A stretch of DNA of 64,000 nt from Takakia lepidozioides (GCA_030704615.1 CM060733.1:64728001-64792000), one strand, 5' to 3'; counted from the first letter of the stretch, positions 12,611 to 27,500 are shown. Numbers and translations are program-made. The notes: generated by a model not told the origin, from the sequence alone.

Positions 12611-14687
12611 AATTCCTAAGGTAACTAGTCCATATAAAGTGGATTTCGGTTGGTTTCAAAAATGGCATACCTACTTTGTTTTCATTTCTACCATTATACG
12701 AGTGTAGATCCAGTTTTTTTAGTCCATAAGATTTTATGTTGTAACATCGGCAGGCCACAACAATCATCTTTAAAAGTCCATACCTCTGTAACAAATAATC
12801 TTTTTCGCAATCTACCAATTGGTACACATTTTTACTATAGTTAAAAAACCTTACACCAACCAAATTTACGTGAAATTTTGATTTGTTGGAAAAATATAGT
12901 TGAAATCATGGATGGAGGTCACTGCAGAAACTGCCATGTTACGCAATTTCTGAGCCACCCAACCCTGCATCTACCCAGTTATGCATGTGTCGAACATGCT
13001 TTTGGCTTGAGCTTTGCAATTCAAGCTTGAGAGGAGTGGCTCTTGAGCTAGCAAGTGAAGAGAGCTTGAATGACCAAGACTTCGAATGAGACAAAGCTCG
13101 GTTACTTAGCAAAGGACGTACAAAAGCTTGTTTTTGAGTTCTGAGGAGAGATGGAGCTTGTTGTGTGGCAAATTCATTACTAAATGAGTTCAAAATCACT
13201 TTGGTTGCACATTGAGATGAAGAAGATTAAGAGAATTTACCTTGGTATTACCTAGAATTCATGGATGTTTGAGGGGATCAAGCATGGAGCTCAAATGAGC
13301 ACAAACCCTAGCTTGATAAAGCTAAACCTCAAGGAGATAGAAGGGAAAATGGCTAAACCTAGGGGGAAATGGCGTTTCAAAGGGGAATACAAAGGAAATA
13401 CGAGAAAAATATGTACAGGCCCAAAGGATTACTGGGGGAACATCAAAAAATATTCTTTGAAAACTTTGGAAACACATGGGAATTTGGCACTAGAAGGATG
13501 TTTGTCCTTTACACCTCGTTTTGAGTCGTAACAGACAAAAACGACTCTCCGACTCTAATTCGTAAAAGACTAGTTACAACGGACAGCCCAGTTGAACCTG
13601 TCATGTCGGAAATTGAGTAGTATCGGACAGTCGTAGTATTTACTAGTCGGGAATTATTTCAAGAGAACCACGTGGCGCACTCAGGCGGCCTGCTCGTGCC
13701 TCTGACTTTGACCATGACTTTGGTATTTCACTTTGGTAAATTGACTTCAATTACATTTATGGAGCTCGGGGGCACCTTCAAGGCCCACATGGCATAACTG
13801 CGACAATGCACGTGTACTCCGTTAATAGCCCCTTCACATGCACGTGGCGCCTAATGGGGTGGCGGAGCGCATCATGGTGTAGTGTTACACATAACACGCA
13901 GTGCTAACAAATGAGTAATAATTACATCTCAAAGTCCCTAGACGACGAATTGTTAATGGTTTTTGTACGGATTCCATTAGGCCATATATCCGTGTCAATT
14001 CTGTTGGCTTTGAGATGTGAAGGCCGCAGGTAAATGTCAACCATTATGATAACACAAACAACACCTCTTTCGTGTTTGACAACAATGTGCTAAAATGCCA
14101 CATAATGCGTGTGTGACGTATTCCGTGCCATTTTCGTACTTAAACAATGCGCGATGATACCAGCGCGACATTAGTATTCAATTAATACCTAGGGATTTAG
14201 TGTTACTTTCAGACTGAATCGGTGCCCCACACTACATCAGTGTTATTTTGAAGCTCAAAATGCTCGGAAAACTTATACAATTAGCTGCGGTGATAGCAAA
14301 TCGGCTTCCTAAACCAAACCAAATAGCTTGGCTTCAAAAGAGCCAAATATATAAGATTAAAACCCACTAGTTCAAGGAAATAAGGTGTAGTAAAAGGTGA
14401 CTTCTTTCCTCTTATAGAGATTTGTACAGTTTCCGCAGTTGACATCGGCATTGTAGTGAAAAAGTGTAGACAAATTCATGACACAATGGTTGGAGCTATT
14501 TGGGTGAGGACCACAAAAGCTCAAAAAGTCTCTCCACAAGATAGTACAAGACATAATTCAAGTGAAAGCAACACAAGCGAGATTTAGAGGTCTGAACAAG
14601 GCCTCTCTCCTGTACAGACCACCCTACTCACTCCTCACAAAAAACTAACCCTTCCTTACTTGTTGCAAGTAAGGGTTCCTCTACGAC

Positions 14688-16347
14688 TTATCTGACTAGA
14701 TCTGAAACTGCTCTAGAGCTATATTTGAATGCTTTACACAGATTTATACTTGTTGGTGTCCAGGGAAGGGATCCTTCTTTTTCTGCCACTGTAGATACAA
14801 GCGTTGTCATGGCATCTCCAATGCATCCCATCTCCATTTCCAACATCTCCTTCACCAGCGTGATACTGTCCATTTTGCTGAGTATTACAATCATCTGACT
14901 CTCTGTAACCGCAACCTTCTCTTGGTTTCTCTGAAGCATCTCTTCCAGTACTGTCGCTCGATGAATGAACTCAACCCTCATTTGCTCCATATCCACTGTC
15001 AACATCTCCTTCTCTCCCATCATACCTGAAACCTCCCTGTCAACCAGGTTCTTTTCTGTCTCCCACTCCTCCTTTGCTATCAGAAGCTCCTCCATGCGTT
15101 CAGACAAGGCACACTCTCGAAGCTCTGCATCACTCACCCGAGCTTGGAGGGTAACTAGACTATCCTGCACAAATGTGAGGACCTAGTCTTTTTTCAACGA
15201 ACGATTATCTGCCTCTTGTGCTCCAACAATAAGGTTTGTTTTTCTACATCCCACTCCACATTCTTCTGTGCATATTCTTCCTTGAACTTGACAACCTCTT
15301 GCTCTTTTATCTCCAGCTGCCACATATTACAGACCAATGATTAACTTAGTCAGCTAGTTGAACTGAACTATTTTACAGTTGGAGAGATATGAGACATAAA
15401 GGGAGGGGAAAACTTACTTTGCAAATACATCCTAGAACTGAGAAACCGAGATACCTAGCTCTGCAGAGCATCTGCAAGCACCTGCACTGCTTCCAATCGC
15501 TCAGTCTGCTCTTTCTCAAGACTGGACTTCTCCTGTGCATGCAGGCCTGGTAGCAGTATCTCTGCACTTTCAGAAACTTTCTTCTCGAGCATCTCCTTTT
15601 CTAGAGTCAATTGCACCCTCTGCTCTTCTAATGCCACTGAGTTGCCTTGCAGCCTAGAGTGATTTCCTCCTGAATCTCTCTTAGCAAGATGTCTTTCTCT
15701 ACTATCTCCATACTTGCAGCTTCAACATCCAGCATCTTCCAGCTTCCCCTCTCTTTAAAAAATTGCTCTTGAGCATCAAGCAGTTGCTGCAATTTGACCT
15801 CCTTGTCCTCAAGCAGAGTGTTCCCACGTTCAAGGTCACATTGCAAGGCAAACAATAAGCTGTCTCTTTCACGTATCTCTAAAACACTACTATCAAGCGC
15901 CACTCTCATCCCATCCTCTGACACTTGCTGTAATTTAGCTCTCTCCGATAGCCACCAACCCAAAATAGACACAACAGTTGCTTTCTTCTTCAACTCCTTT
16001 AGCTTCACCTTACCACACACCACTTTTGTCTGCAAAGCTTCTGTATGTTCCTTAAACCCCTTAATCAGCATCTTTTCCCTATCCTTCTGTTTTTTAGCTT
16101 CTACTGATGCAACCTCACTTAAGGACTTCACTTTGCATTCAGCATCATGCACCAGCTGTCGAGCACACTGTAGCTGTTTCTGATACCTAAGCAAGGAGCA
16201 TGTGGGCACCACCCCTGTACATGAAGCGCCGTGTCCAGAATGACATCTGGCGCAATCTGGGCTTTGTAAAGATAACACTTCTCTTCTATGTTCTCTTTTT
16301 ACATCTGCAGATAACACTTGGCCATATATGCATTGTGCCTTATCCAA
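14688..16347 (-). pseudogene. Disrupted gene for a coiled-coil protein of unknown function
   Basis: Successive E/K/L-rich heptad-like ORFs (15628-16347, 15455-15637, 14688-15170) broken by a frameshift and a stop; likely intron near 15330-15454. Confidence 0.5.
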
Positions 16348-16399
16348 GACTCAATGCCATTAGTGAATTATATATATAAACATATATAGTAGATATACG

Positions 16400-16774
16400 T
16401 GTATTGTCTACAAGACAAAAAAAAACTAAGTAGACAAACATTTGATAGTGATAGTGAGATAGCATACCGCCCTGTCCTGCCTGTGTCATAGGTTATAACT
16501 TAAACTATTTCACTACTAGTGGTCCAAAATTTTCATAGGTACAGCTGTCAATGACAGCGTGTCCTACATAAACCAAGTACACAAACATTGACAATGCTAG
16601 TGAAATATCATACCATTGTCTTGGTTGTATCAGCGGTTGTAGTCAAACATTTCACTATTAGTTAAAGACTGATAAATATGAATAAAAATTAATGTCATTT
16701 ATAATTACATATATCAGAGTTTGAATTAGGGTGTCATACGACCAACTAACTATGTAGTGAAACGTTTTCTAGTG
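16400..16774 (-). mobile_element. CACTA-like terminus
   Basis: Reverse complement reads CACTAGAAAACGTTTCACTAC from 16774, with TTTCACTA/TAGTGA repeats nearby. Confidence 0.45.
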
Positions 16775-16781
16775 GTAGTAA

Positions 16782-16883
16782 AGATTTGAAGGGGATACCC
16801 CTGAGATTTGCCAACATAAAATTGAGTTGGAACCAGGTTCAATACCAATAAAGCAAACAACATACAAGATGAATCCCAACTAC
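16782..16883 (+). mobile_element. Short Gypsy pol fragment
   Basis: Encodes DLKGIPPEICQHKIELEPGSIPIKQ...MNPNY, as in ~11960-12063. Confidence 0.75.
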
Positions 16884-18887
16884 CACTACTCACATGCCAT
16901 GGTGGCACTTTTAGGAGCGCATGATGCTTCTCAGCCTAAAACAAGTATCTGACGATCAACGGAAGCAAATCACAGCATTGAGTCAAAGCGTGGCACCTAG
17001 CACTAGAGATTACCAGAACTCTCCCTGAATTTATTGACTGGGAGTACATCAAGGTCAGTATATTAGCTTGTACAGATGTGATTGCCTTGTAGTTTTCTAC
17101 ATATTCATTTGATGGATCCACGTTGCTGCATTAAGGTCTTCAAGAAACTAACTCTCGTGGATTTGTTCTTGACTGGAGAAAAAAATGGCTGCCGTCTCAC
17201 AGAACTTAATCCTAGGATTTCAAAAATCTAGCTGTGGTTATCCAGAGTACAGTGCCATCAGAGACGAGGTACTTCTTGCATTTAATGCGAGTGTCACTGA
17301 CCATGCTACTATCAAATTGTTTCTAAAACACTGGGGCAGTCCCTGGGCACTGGGTCACTGGGAAGCTCCGTGCAGAGCTTTACCATCAGCTGGGAGTCAC
17401 AAGACCAAGAATCCGCTCAACAAATGAGGAGGTCCATGCATGGGGAATCAAGCTAAAGGACCTTGCTGTCAATGATGCTTGACGTGTGGATGGAGATGAT
17501 CCATTTGGAAGTACAGCGGTCCATGCGGCAGTCTCTTTGGTAATGAAAGGTCCACATTACAATTCATACAAACCTGTTGAAGTTACCATCACACAGGCAT
17601 GCTTCACCCGAAAAAACGCAAAGATATCGTGTTATCTGGTCTTAATTTGCACTACTAAATCTACTGGTATGCAAGTTCAGCTCTGAGCAACTATCATCAA
17701 TAGCATTCAACCCAAAACTGCCCTGCATGTAGAAATCTCCAGCAGCTTTTTAACACCTGCAGAGTCTATATACAATTGCTAAAGTTTTACATGTGGGATG
17801 CTGGACTGTTGAAAAGCAGTGTAATTATCAAACAAAGCAAGACATAAAGCAAACCACTATACATGATTTCACCCTCAAAATGAGTACCAAAACTGAGGTG
17901 CCCTTGCCCTCAAGGATACGATCTGAGCATTTGTCACACAACTCTTTGAGGAATGGTGCAACTACCTGCTTTTGGAGCTCTTGCACTCGTTGGCGCGGAG
18001 CTCACGACAGCCCTCTCCCTCAAACACCTAGGCAACATCTGAGAGAAATGGAAAAGCCCCAAGTGGGACTTGAACCCACTGACATGCCCAACCACGTGTG
18101 GCTTGCATGTGGGGCAAAGATGTGGTATGGGGCAAACTACAAGTATTCTGGGCTGCTGCTCAGACAGGCCAGAGTATTTGCCCCCCCTTTGCATGCATAT
18201 GGATGCAATGAAATGCAAGTGAGAGAGCAAATGAATGCAATGCAGGTTTGCAATGCCTCCATGTCCCCTGCCGCACACCTGCATAACATACGGTTAAGCA
18301 CTCCCTTCGTATCCTTGCAGCTGCACCTGCATTTGACATACAAGCCCACGATAAGGAAACCAGCAAAGTCGAAGGACCATGTCCTCCGCATTGACCAAAA
18401 TGATCAAAATGCAGCTGCGTTCAAGAGATAAAGACAAACAAAAGATTACATAGAAACAATGAAGGAACTCAGGGCACAACGTCCATTAAACCGTAACCTG
18501 CAAGTACCAGACAGTAGGATCAGATGATGAGTTCCATCCCATATACTTGTGGATTACAAATCTGCTACCGAACCAGCTGGCAGATCTGATAAAAATCACC
18601 TACACAGCCAAGCACTCCTCCCATACTTTCAACTAGGGCTATCAGGTTTGCACATGCATTGGGCTACCATGTGACGTGATGCAAGTTTGGGCTGCACCGT
18701 AGGCCCCAGGTCTGCTTGCAAAGCCTCCATGTCGCCTGCCCCGGCCCTACTCTTCTCACTTGAAGACTCATGCTCTGAATCAGACCTGTCATCTCTCTCT
18801 AATTCATCCCTAGCAAGGGGGTGAGCGGCTTCGATCCCAGTCATTGTGTGGCCCTCGTCAGTTTGCAAAGGTTCATGATCATCCCCG

Positions 18888-20020
18888 TCAATCTATGTTG
18901 GCGCCTTCAAAGGCAGGCATGTCATCATTGTCCTCTCCCATGGAGGCTCCCCCAACCTCAGCAATGACCCTTCGAGACCTGGGGTCCATGTGCAAAACTA
19001 CCTTCCAACCATGACATGTTGTATCATCAGCAAAAAAAACTTGCTCCACTTGTGAGGGAAAAATAAAAGGCTGGTCATTTTCAGGAAGCATACGAGTAAA
19101 GTCCACCAGTGTGAAAACATACTCGTCTTTCTTCATGGTGGCATTTCGACCCACCATGTTGGCCTTCACCCAAGTGCACCTGAATAGAATAGGCTGCAAT
19201 GTGTTGTAGTCTAACTGTAATATCTGATTGATGAATCCAACGTATTGGAGAGAGGCCCTCACAGGATTGGAATCAGATGCACTGCTAATTCTACTGTCTT
19301 TTTCAATGACAGAACATACCCCACTATCAAAAGTCACATGGGCTTGTCCATCAGTCATTCTCACCCTATATTGTTTTCGATAGGCCCTCATACTAGGATA
19401 TGACTTCACTATGAAAGAGGGCGGTACACTCAACCTCACCACATCCATATCCACATCCTCCCTGCTGATTGTACACTTGCTACAGCACGGGGGAGCCATT
19501 CCTGGAAAGGGGGTGGTAATTGGAGGTGTGGAGGGTAATCCACACAAGGCTGTCTTCCATGACGACAAAGACCACGCTGCTCTGTTGCGAAGGCTTCCCT
19601 ACCAGCAACCACTCCTTCTTTCTCAGTTTCGTATACTCTGCACATAAAATTGGCATCAAGGGAATAAATGGGCAGCCTGCAAATTCCACCACGCTCCTGT
19701 CGCAATAAAACCCAGCCATCAGTGATGAAGAAAACAAACACAAAAAGAACATACCTGAGAAATTGGGCAGTAGCAACCGAGTTGTTAAGCACATAAATGT
19801 GGGTTGCATCTCACACGATTGGTGACATGGATTTTTTGAGGGCACTGCCTTCCAACACCTCGCGGCCAACCATTGACTCATCCTTATTTTGATCCTACAC
19901 CCTCCGTTAGGTATGCTTGAATTCTGCAATGTACTCCGTGCAAAACCCCAGTGCTTCATCTATTGCGTACCCTTCAGCCATACTACCTTCTGGTCTGGCC
20001 TTGTTTCGAACGTACCCCTT
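18888..20020 (-). pseudogene. CACTA (En/Spm) TnpD transposase C-terminal remnant (DUF4218/DUF4216-like)
   Basis: KGYVRNKARPEGSMAEGYAIDEALGFC at ~19940-20020; YVGFINQILQLDY...LFRCTWV...DQPFIFPSQVEQVFF...WKVVL. Confidence 0.85.
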
Positions 20021-20121
20021 GCATCCAGGTTATGCCTGTCAGAATTAACATACATCCCAACCTAAACCAGAACTGCTCCTTACTACAGACGAGAGAATCG
20101 CTTGTGAGAGAGCGTTGAGGC

Positions 20122-20842
20122 ATGGCTCCCCCGAAGGCTGCCAATCCACAGGCAGTGAAGGCGGCGAAGGCTGCCAAGGCGCTGAAGACAGCGCCGGTGC
20201 TGAAGAAGTAATGGAGAAAGGTGAGGACATCTGTGACGTTCCACAGGCCCAAGACCTTGAAGAGGCGCAGAGTCCTAAGTATCCTCGCATCAGCGCCCCG
20301 CCCAGAAATAAGCTTGACCATTACAAGGTCCTCAAATACCCCCTCACTACCGAGTCAGCAATGAAAAAGATCGAGGATAACAACACTCTGGTGTTCATCG
20401 TGGATGTGCGTGCTGACAATAAGATCAAAGTGGCGGTCAAGAAGATGTATGACGTTCAGACCAAGAAGGTCAACACTTTGATTGGGTAAGATCTTTTATT
20501 TGGGAAACCCTTATGCTCCCAAATCTATTAAACTAATTGTCCACTTGTATTGATTGGTGTAATGTCTTTGAGGTTGCCTATATCGCAGTGTTCCAGTGGT
20601 TATGGTTTTGCCATTCACTGTATTGGTTTCATATCAATGTTCCACCCTCGGGCTCTGTGTTTCTCGCTATGCCCTCACTTGTCGGTCCACGGACATTCTT
20701 TTGGGGAAAGAAGTCCTTTGAGCCTCTCTCTCCTTTTTTATGATGGAACCTTGTTTTCGTATTGTGCAACAGGCCTGATGGACAGAAGAAGGTGTATGTG
20801 AGGTTGACTGCAGATTGCGATGCGCTAGATGTTGCAAACAAG
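20122..20842 (+). pseudogene. RPL23A: 60S ribosomal protein L23a (uL23) pseudogene, intron retained
   Basis: MAPPKA...[15 protein letters not shown]...PKYPR...[34 protein letters not shown]; intron ~20486-20772; then [11 protein letters not shown]...DALDVANK; in-frame TAA at 20209 and a frameshift near 20265. Confidence 0.9.
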
Positions 20843-21597
20843 GCTTGCTACCACTTTTTCTAGTAATGTTGATTCGAGGACCCCTGCTATAATCTGTGTG
20901 GACACGTTTTTTCCTGTGGTGTTTGAGACTCTGTTGTATGAAGCGCTGCTGGCTATGGCGGCTTTATGCTTCCTGCAAAAGAGACGATCACACGAGAAAC
21001 GGTAACCCTAATTGATGGCCTCACGCCTCCCTAACCACGCATCTATTGTATCTTTTTATCTCAGCGGTCACAATGCAACGACATCTGTATCCACCGGCTC
21101 GACCCCGGTGCATCGTTGGATGAACTTAGTGATACGAATGAATTCCCGACCCATAACTTTTCCAATGAATGTGAATTCCCGACGAATGAGTCTGGGGAAA
21201 GTACGACAGCGCGGAACGAAGCATTTCCCGCCCTTCGTCTTCCCCTCAGAACTTCGAGGGGGATTTCTTGGCTTGTCTACAGTGGTCCGTCTCCTTTCCG
21301 ACCTCACCTTGGTAGTGTATGCAATCAAATGCCCAAAGGGGAGAAGGGAGGACTCGTGGGAGACCAATCCTTTCATACTGACGGGGACGGGGAGTGCTAC
21401 ACAAGCCCTGAGCTTAAGCAAGACACAGAGGCATATTGTGAGCGGCAGAAGAGAACATTAAGCAATGGAGTTAGAGATAGTGTGCTTCCTTTGAGACCTT
21501 CAGTAAGGCAATAAATTAATCCCTTTCAAGAGGGACAGGTTGACATAGATTGCACAAGGGGGCAGAGGCAGGAAGAGAGGGATAAGGTGGTAGAAAG

Positions 21598-24500
21598 ATG
21601 AAGGGTGGAACGGTGCAGATAGCATGGCATGGATCGGAGCCAGTCCTTTCTCTTGATTTCCACAGTCCATCGAGCTTGCTTGCGACTGCTGGTGCTGATC
21701 ATGACATAAAGGTGTGCGATCTCTGCCTTTATTCTCTCCCCAGAACTCAGGAAATGATACTCGCTATATAAACAGCGTCCAATTGCACGCCCTTCGATGT
21801 TAGTATAATATTCGAGTCACGTGTTTTCTCTCAACGCAGAGCAAGTGAGAAGCTCTTTTAACTTTCAAGATCCCGAGAGAAAGGGAGGTGAAAGAAGACG
21901 TCCAACCCACTCGGACCACTGCGCGGTTCTATTTGCAGTTGGTGAATCTGCAGGCATCTTTTCCGTGAACTCAGTTAATTGGTCCTCAAACTCTTAAACT
22001 CCTTTCTCCAGCTTGGGTAAGAGCAAACGGTAGTCATAAGGCCGCCATATGTATGAGCTTGTGTTGGCCCCTGTAGATTGCTCCTGCTGACTCTATTTAC
22101 TGTTTTCTTGTGGGCTCAAGTCTGGCCACTACATTGGAGAATTTTCAGGTTCGCTACATGAACCCTGATGCCTGACGTAACGAGACTCCGACAATTGTGT
22201 TGAAAACGAGGATGTAGCAAGAAAGTGACCCTGCTAAAATTGCTGTCCTTCAATGGATGGTGCAATATGTCCAAAGTAATGGAAGTAGAGCAGTATGTGT
22301 ATATTGGAAGGTATGTCCTTTTGTCATTCTAGGAATCATCATAGTCACAGATACATCATCGGTTGCAAACAACATGTCCTCCCTTTGTATCGACCCCATG
22401 ACAGCAGTGCTGTTGATTGGAACATGGCTTGCAGCTATGGTCTGTGCTTCGAAAAGACAATGCAGCACCGACAGTGAAATTTGAAGCCAACCTTTCGCAT
22501 CATACCTTAGCAGTCAACACCGTGCGCTTCTCTCCATCTGGTTTGTTGTCTCCTTATACATCAATCAGTGGGGTTAAAATGCAGGGCCCAATATCTTAGG
22601 CAAGTGTACTCAGGGTATACAGGAGAAGATGGTATATGGATGGGGTAAGCTTTTTAATTCCCGAGGTACATGTGAGTATGATGATTTAAAGACTCTTGTT
22701 GGAATATTTAGCCTCTGAAAACCCTATAATGTGCAATGTACTGAATACAGGCCATAGAAGGAGGATTCTACCAATGAATGCAGCACAGGGGCTGATTGAG
22801 GGCTTTAACAGTTTCATGAATGGGTGTGAGAGAAAATATATATGAAGGATATTAAATTGCATGCACATGTGTGTCACAGGTCAACTTCTGGCATCAGGTG
22901 GTGATGGTATGCCTTCCACTTTGCATTCTATTCCTGCCAGTTTCTTTCTGCTCTATGTTGAGGACAAACAATTCTTTCATCCACATACTCATGCTGGAAT
23001 GTAACAATAGACAAAGAGTGCAAAGGTTTTCAGGAGGAAGGGGGAGTTCCCCTTGGGACAAGGCAAGCATGCATGCACCTGACAGATGTAGACATGCAGA
23101 CAATGTGGGTAAATTAAGCAGCTTGAATTATGCTGTTGAACTGGTTTTTTGCTTGAATCTGCAGGTGGTGAAATTCTCATATGGAGACCTGCTGAAAGTG
23201 TGGATAACACATTTTCCTGGAAGGTTTTGAAGACACTGCGGTGAGCACTCTCTCTTTCTACTTGGCTTTCCGTCTTGGTTGTCTTTCACCAATTGCGTGA
23301 CATATAACTGGAACTATCTACAAACCACGTTTAGAGATTTGGACTCAGTGTGTGAAGCAGCTTGATGAGAACGTACAGCTAAAATGTTAGGCTACCAAAA
23401 GCACAACAGTGAGGTTGGCATGCTTGGTTCTTCTTATGCAGGTTGCATTCAAAAGATGTTTTGGATTTGGCTTGGTCGCCAGATGGGGCATCTTTGATTT
23501 CAGGCTCAGTGGACAATTCATGTATTATATGGGACATTTCCACCGGTATCTTCTTTACTGCCTTCCAGCATAAAAGGGGGAAAATGGAAGATGCGATTAT
23601 CAGAGACTTATATGCAGCATTGTGCATTCCTGAATTGCAGGTTCTCCACAGCAGATATTGACAGACCATCTACATTATGTCCAAGGGGTGGCCTGGGATC
23701 CAGCCGGGCACTTCCTGGCATCCCTCAGTGCTGATCGAACTTGCCGTATCTACTCCAGGGTGGCCCCAACACATGGAAAACAGAAAAAGGGGTCAAACAA
23801 GAAGTCATTTATATGCGAGTATGTGCTAGCGAAGACTGATATCACTCCATTAAAGACCAATGCGCAGATGGATAGTAGTGACTCCCCAGGAAAGGTAAGC
23901 ATGAATTCTTTGTTGCTCCTTGTGTACGCTCCCTTTTAGTCTTATGCAAGAGCAGAGAGACACTAACAGGCAGATAGATTGTACTCATAAGACGTTGTTT
24001 GCCGTAGCCTTGTGGCCATTGACCCCGCGCCCAGTTTGAGTGGGAACAAAAGGGACAGAACCTACCTCTGTCAGGGGCTGACGTTGGTAGTAAGACTTAC
24101 CTTCATATAAAGAATTAATCCGGGTTTTCCAGATATCCTCTAGAAATCCCTTGACACAAGCATCAATCTGCTGTGTGTGATTTGCCCAAAAACTAGGCCT
24201 CAGGAGGGCCTGGGCTTTTGGCTCAGCCTCGAGACTTTCAAAGTTGGTAAACAGGGGTACAGGCACAATTCCCTTGATAGAATTGAAGAGAGCGTCTCTT
24301 TGGTGAGAGAACCCCGGACAGTGTATCAGAAAATGAATACTGTCTTCAGATTGCCCACACAACGGGCATTGCACTCTCCCTTTCCTCTCTGCTTCTGTTT
24401 GCTGTTCAAAGGTAGGCTTCCTGCCCTGAGTTTAAATTTCAGTCTAGTGCCGAGAGTGGGTAGACCCTTCAGGTCATCCAAGATGTCCTCCCCCATGTCA

Positions 24501-27500
24501 CTGACTGGAAACAAGTTCAGGGAAGTTTTCTGCCGAACCTCATTTTCATCAGACAATCTCATGGCAACAGACATGGCTTCGGACACTACAGCCTCTAAGT
24601 CAGATTTATCCAGCAGGGTCAAGACTTGCGGATCCAGGTCCAGGTCCTTGAGAACAGGCAGATAGAATGAAATATACAGTTTTATGCAGCTGGGTGAGCT
24701 AAGATATTTCTTTACTAAAGAAAGAATAATGTCTCTAAGCAGGAGGATGGTTCAAAAACTCCTATTGCATGACTTTTTTGCTCACAAAGCTTGGTTGCCT
24801 GTTGGTCGGACAGGCTGCAGCAGTTAAGCACCATCTATTCCATGATGAGACCTTACCATCGTTCTTTCGAAGGCTTGCCTGGTCTCCAGATGCCTCCTTT
24901 TTGGTTGTCCCCTCTGGTATTATCCCTGTGATCCTTGATTTGCTGGACTCTACAGTAGCTGAAAGGATGAGAGGGAGGGATGGACAGACATCAGGGTAAG
25001 AAGTTTCCACTAAGTGCAGTATGTTGGTCTTTGTTCCTTTTGGACTGATTTGCTTAACTGTAAAGAGATTTTTTTTTCCTCTTTAGATTTTCTGTTGAAA
25101 AATCTTTGTAATGGTTATATCCCATTTTTGTCAAGTAGGGGCTCTGACCAGAGAGAGAGAGAATGTACTCATAAGACGTTGTTTGCCGTAGCCTTGTGGC
25201 CATTGACCCCGCTCCCAGTTTGAGCGGAACACAAAGGGACAGAACCTACCTTTGTCAGGGGCTGACGCCGGTAGTAAGACTTACCTTGGAATAAACAATT
25301 GATCTGGGTTTTCCAGATATCCTCTAGAAATGCGTTTACACAAGCATCAAGCTGTGTGTGGTTTGCCCAATAACTAGGCCCCAAAAGGGCCTGGTTTGGC
25401 TCAGCCTCGAGACTTTCAAAGTTGGTAAACAGAGGTACAGGCACAATTCCCTTGATAGATTTGAAGAGAGCGTCTCTCTGGTGAGAGAACCCCGAACAAT
25501 GAATCAGAAAATGAATATTGTCTTCAGGTTGCCCACACAACGGGCAATTGCACTCTCCCTTTCCTCTCTGCTTCTGGTTGCTGTTCAAAGGTAGGCTTCC
25601 CGCCCTGCGTTTAAATTTCAGTCTAGTGCCGAGAGTGGGTAGACCCTTGAGAGAGAGAGAAAAAAGAAATGAAAAGATTGTACTCATAAGACGTTGTTTG
25701 CCGTAGCCTTGTGGCCATTGACCCCGCGCCCAGTTTGAGTGGGAACAAAAGGGACAGAACCTACCTCTGTCAGGGGCTGACTTTGGTAGTAAGACTTACC
25801 TTCATATATAGAATTAATCCGGGTTTTCCAGATATCCTCTAGAAATCCCTTGACACAAGCATCAATCTGCTGTGTGTGATTTGCCCAAAAACTAGGCCTC
25901 AGGAGGGCCTGGGCTTTTGGCTCAGCCTCGAGACTTTCAAAGTTGGTAAACAGGGGTACAAGCACAATTCCCTTGATAGATTTGAAGAGAGCGTCTCTTT
26001 GGTGAGAGAACCCCGGACAGTGTATCAGAAAATGAATACTGTCTTCAGATTGCCCACACAATGGGCAATTGCACTCTCCCTTTCCTCTCTGCTTCTGTTT
26101 GCTGTTCAAAGGTAGGCTTCCTGCCCTGAGTTTAAATTTCAGTCTAGTGCCGAGAGTGGGTAGACCCTTCAGGTCATCCAAGATGTCCTCCCCCATGTCA
26201 CTGACTGGAAACAAGTTCAGGGAAGTTTTCTGCCTAACTTCATTTTCATCAGTAAATCTCATGGCAACAGACATGGCTTTGGACACTACAGCCTCTAAGT
26301 CAGATTTATCCAGCAGGGTCAAGACTTGCGGCTCCAGGTCCAGGTCCTTGAGAATCTCTTCTACTCTCTTCTGCCAGGACTTAGCCTGTTTGACAGGGCG
26401 GTCCTGTTTCCAAGATATAGAGTCGATTAACTTAGGATATCTGGTGTTGGGCATATGTTGCAGCTGACCCCACCATCTGACCTTGAATTCATCTCGTCGG
26501 GAGCTTAAGGACGGAATGCCAAACTCACCCCGAACAGCCACATTGGCTGTTTTGGAGCATGCTGACATACACTCCTTAAGCACCCCCACTTGAGTGGATT
26601 CTAGAGACTTAGCCTGGTTGGAGTTATCAACCCATATTGCAGATCCGTACTCCAAGGCAGGTCTAATAACGCGACAAAGCATGGTTTTCTTAACCTCAGA
26701 GTTGACCCCTCTGCAGTGGAAAAATTTAGTGAGCCCCAGAGCTTTGCCCTTGCCAGTTTGAACAACTTTCCGGATATGTGCATCCCAATTACAATTGGAG
26801 GAAAACTCAACGCCCAGGTAAGTGTAGGAAGGGAGGACCGGGATCTCTTGGCTACCCCACTGCCACTTAAGATCACTTCCTCCCTCTCCTCTGTCGTTGA
26901 ATGCTACCACTGCACATTTGCTGACATTAGCCTCTAGCCCCCAAAGATCAAAGTATCTCTTCGCGCAATCAATCAACTCCTGGAGATTGGTTGGAGTCTC
27001 CCCTATGCCTGCGAAGTCATCCGCAAACATAAGGGCTGGTATGGTGGTATCACCCACCCTTAACCCAAATCCCTCACTTTCCACATCCTCGAGGAGTTGA
27101 TTGATGAAAACATTGAAGAGCAGAGGGGAGAGAGTACATCCTTGAGCTACACCTTGGTCTATGTCAAAGAAGTTGGACTTCTGTCCGTTAACAGTGACAC
27201 AGCTTTTGGTGTGAGCATACAAGTTGTGGACAACTCTCCACATCTTTCCCTTGATCCCACAAGACCAGAGGCGGAACCATAGGCCATCTCTCCACACTGT
27301 GTCATGAGCCTTTTTGACATCCAGGAAAAAAACATAAGTGGGTTTCCCTTCTTTTTTCCTTCCCTGGATAATCTGGCTTAGAGTGAAGATATGATCCACA
27401 CAGCCCCTGTTTCGCTGAAAGCCAGCTTGGCCTTCGTGGAAACAACCTCTAGACTCCAGATCAACCTCGAGACGAGTACTTATAAATGAAAAGAAACTGC

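Noticed and set aside
18063-18079. tRNA T-arm/B-box-like GTGGGTTCAAGTCCCAC on the minus strand
   Set aside because: No cloverleaf, A-box or TSD visible.
21012-21514. ORFs upstream of FAS2
   Set aside because: No recognisable domain; overlapping frames of similar length; probably promoter or 5' UTR.
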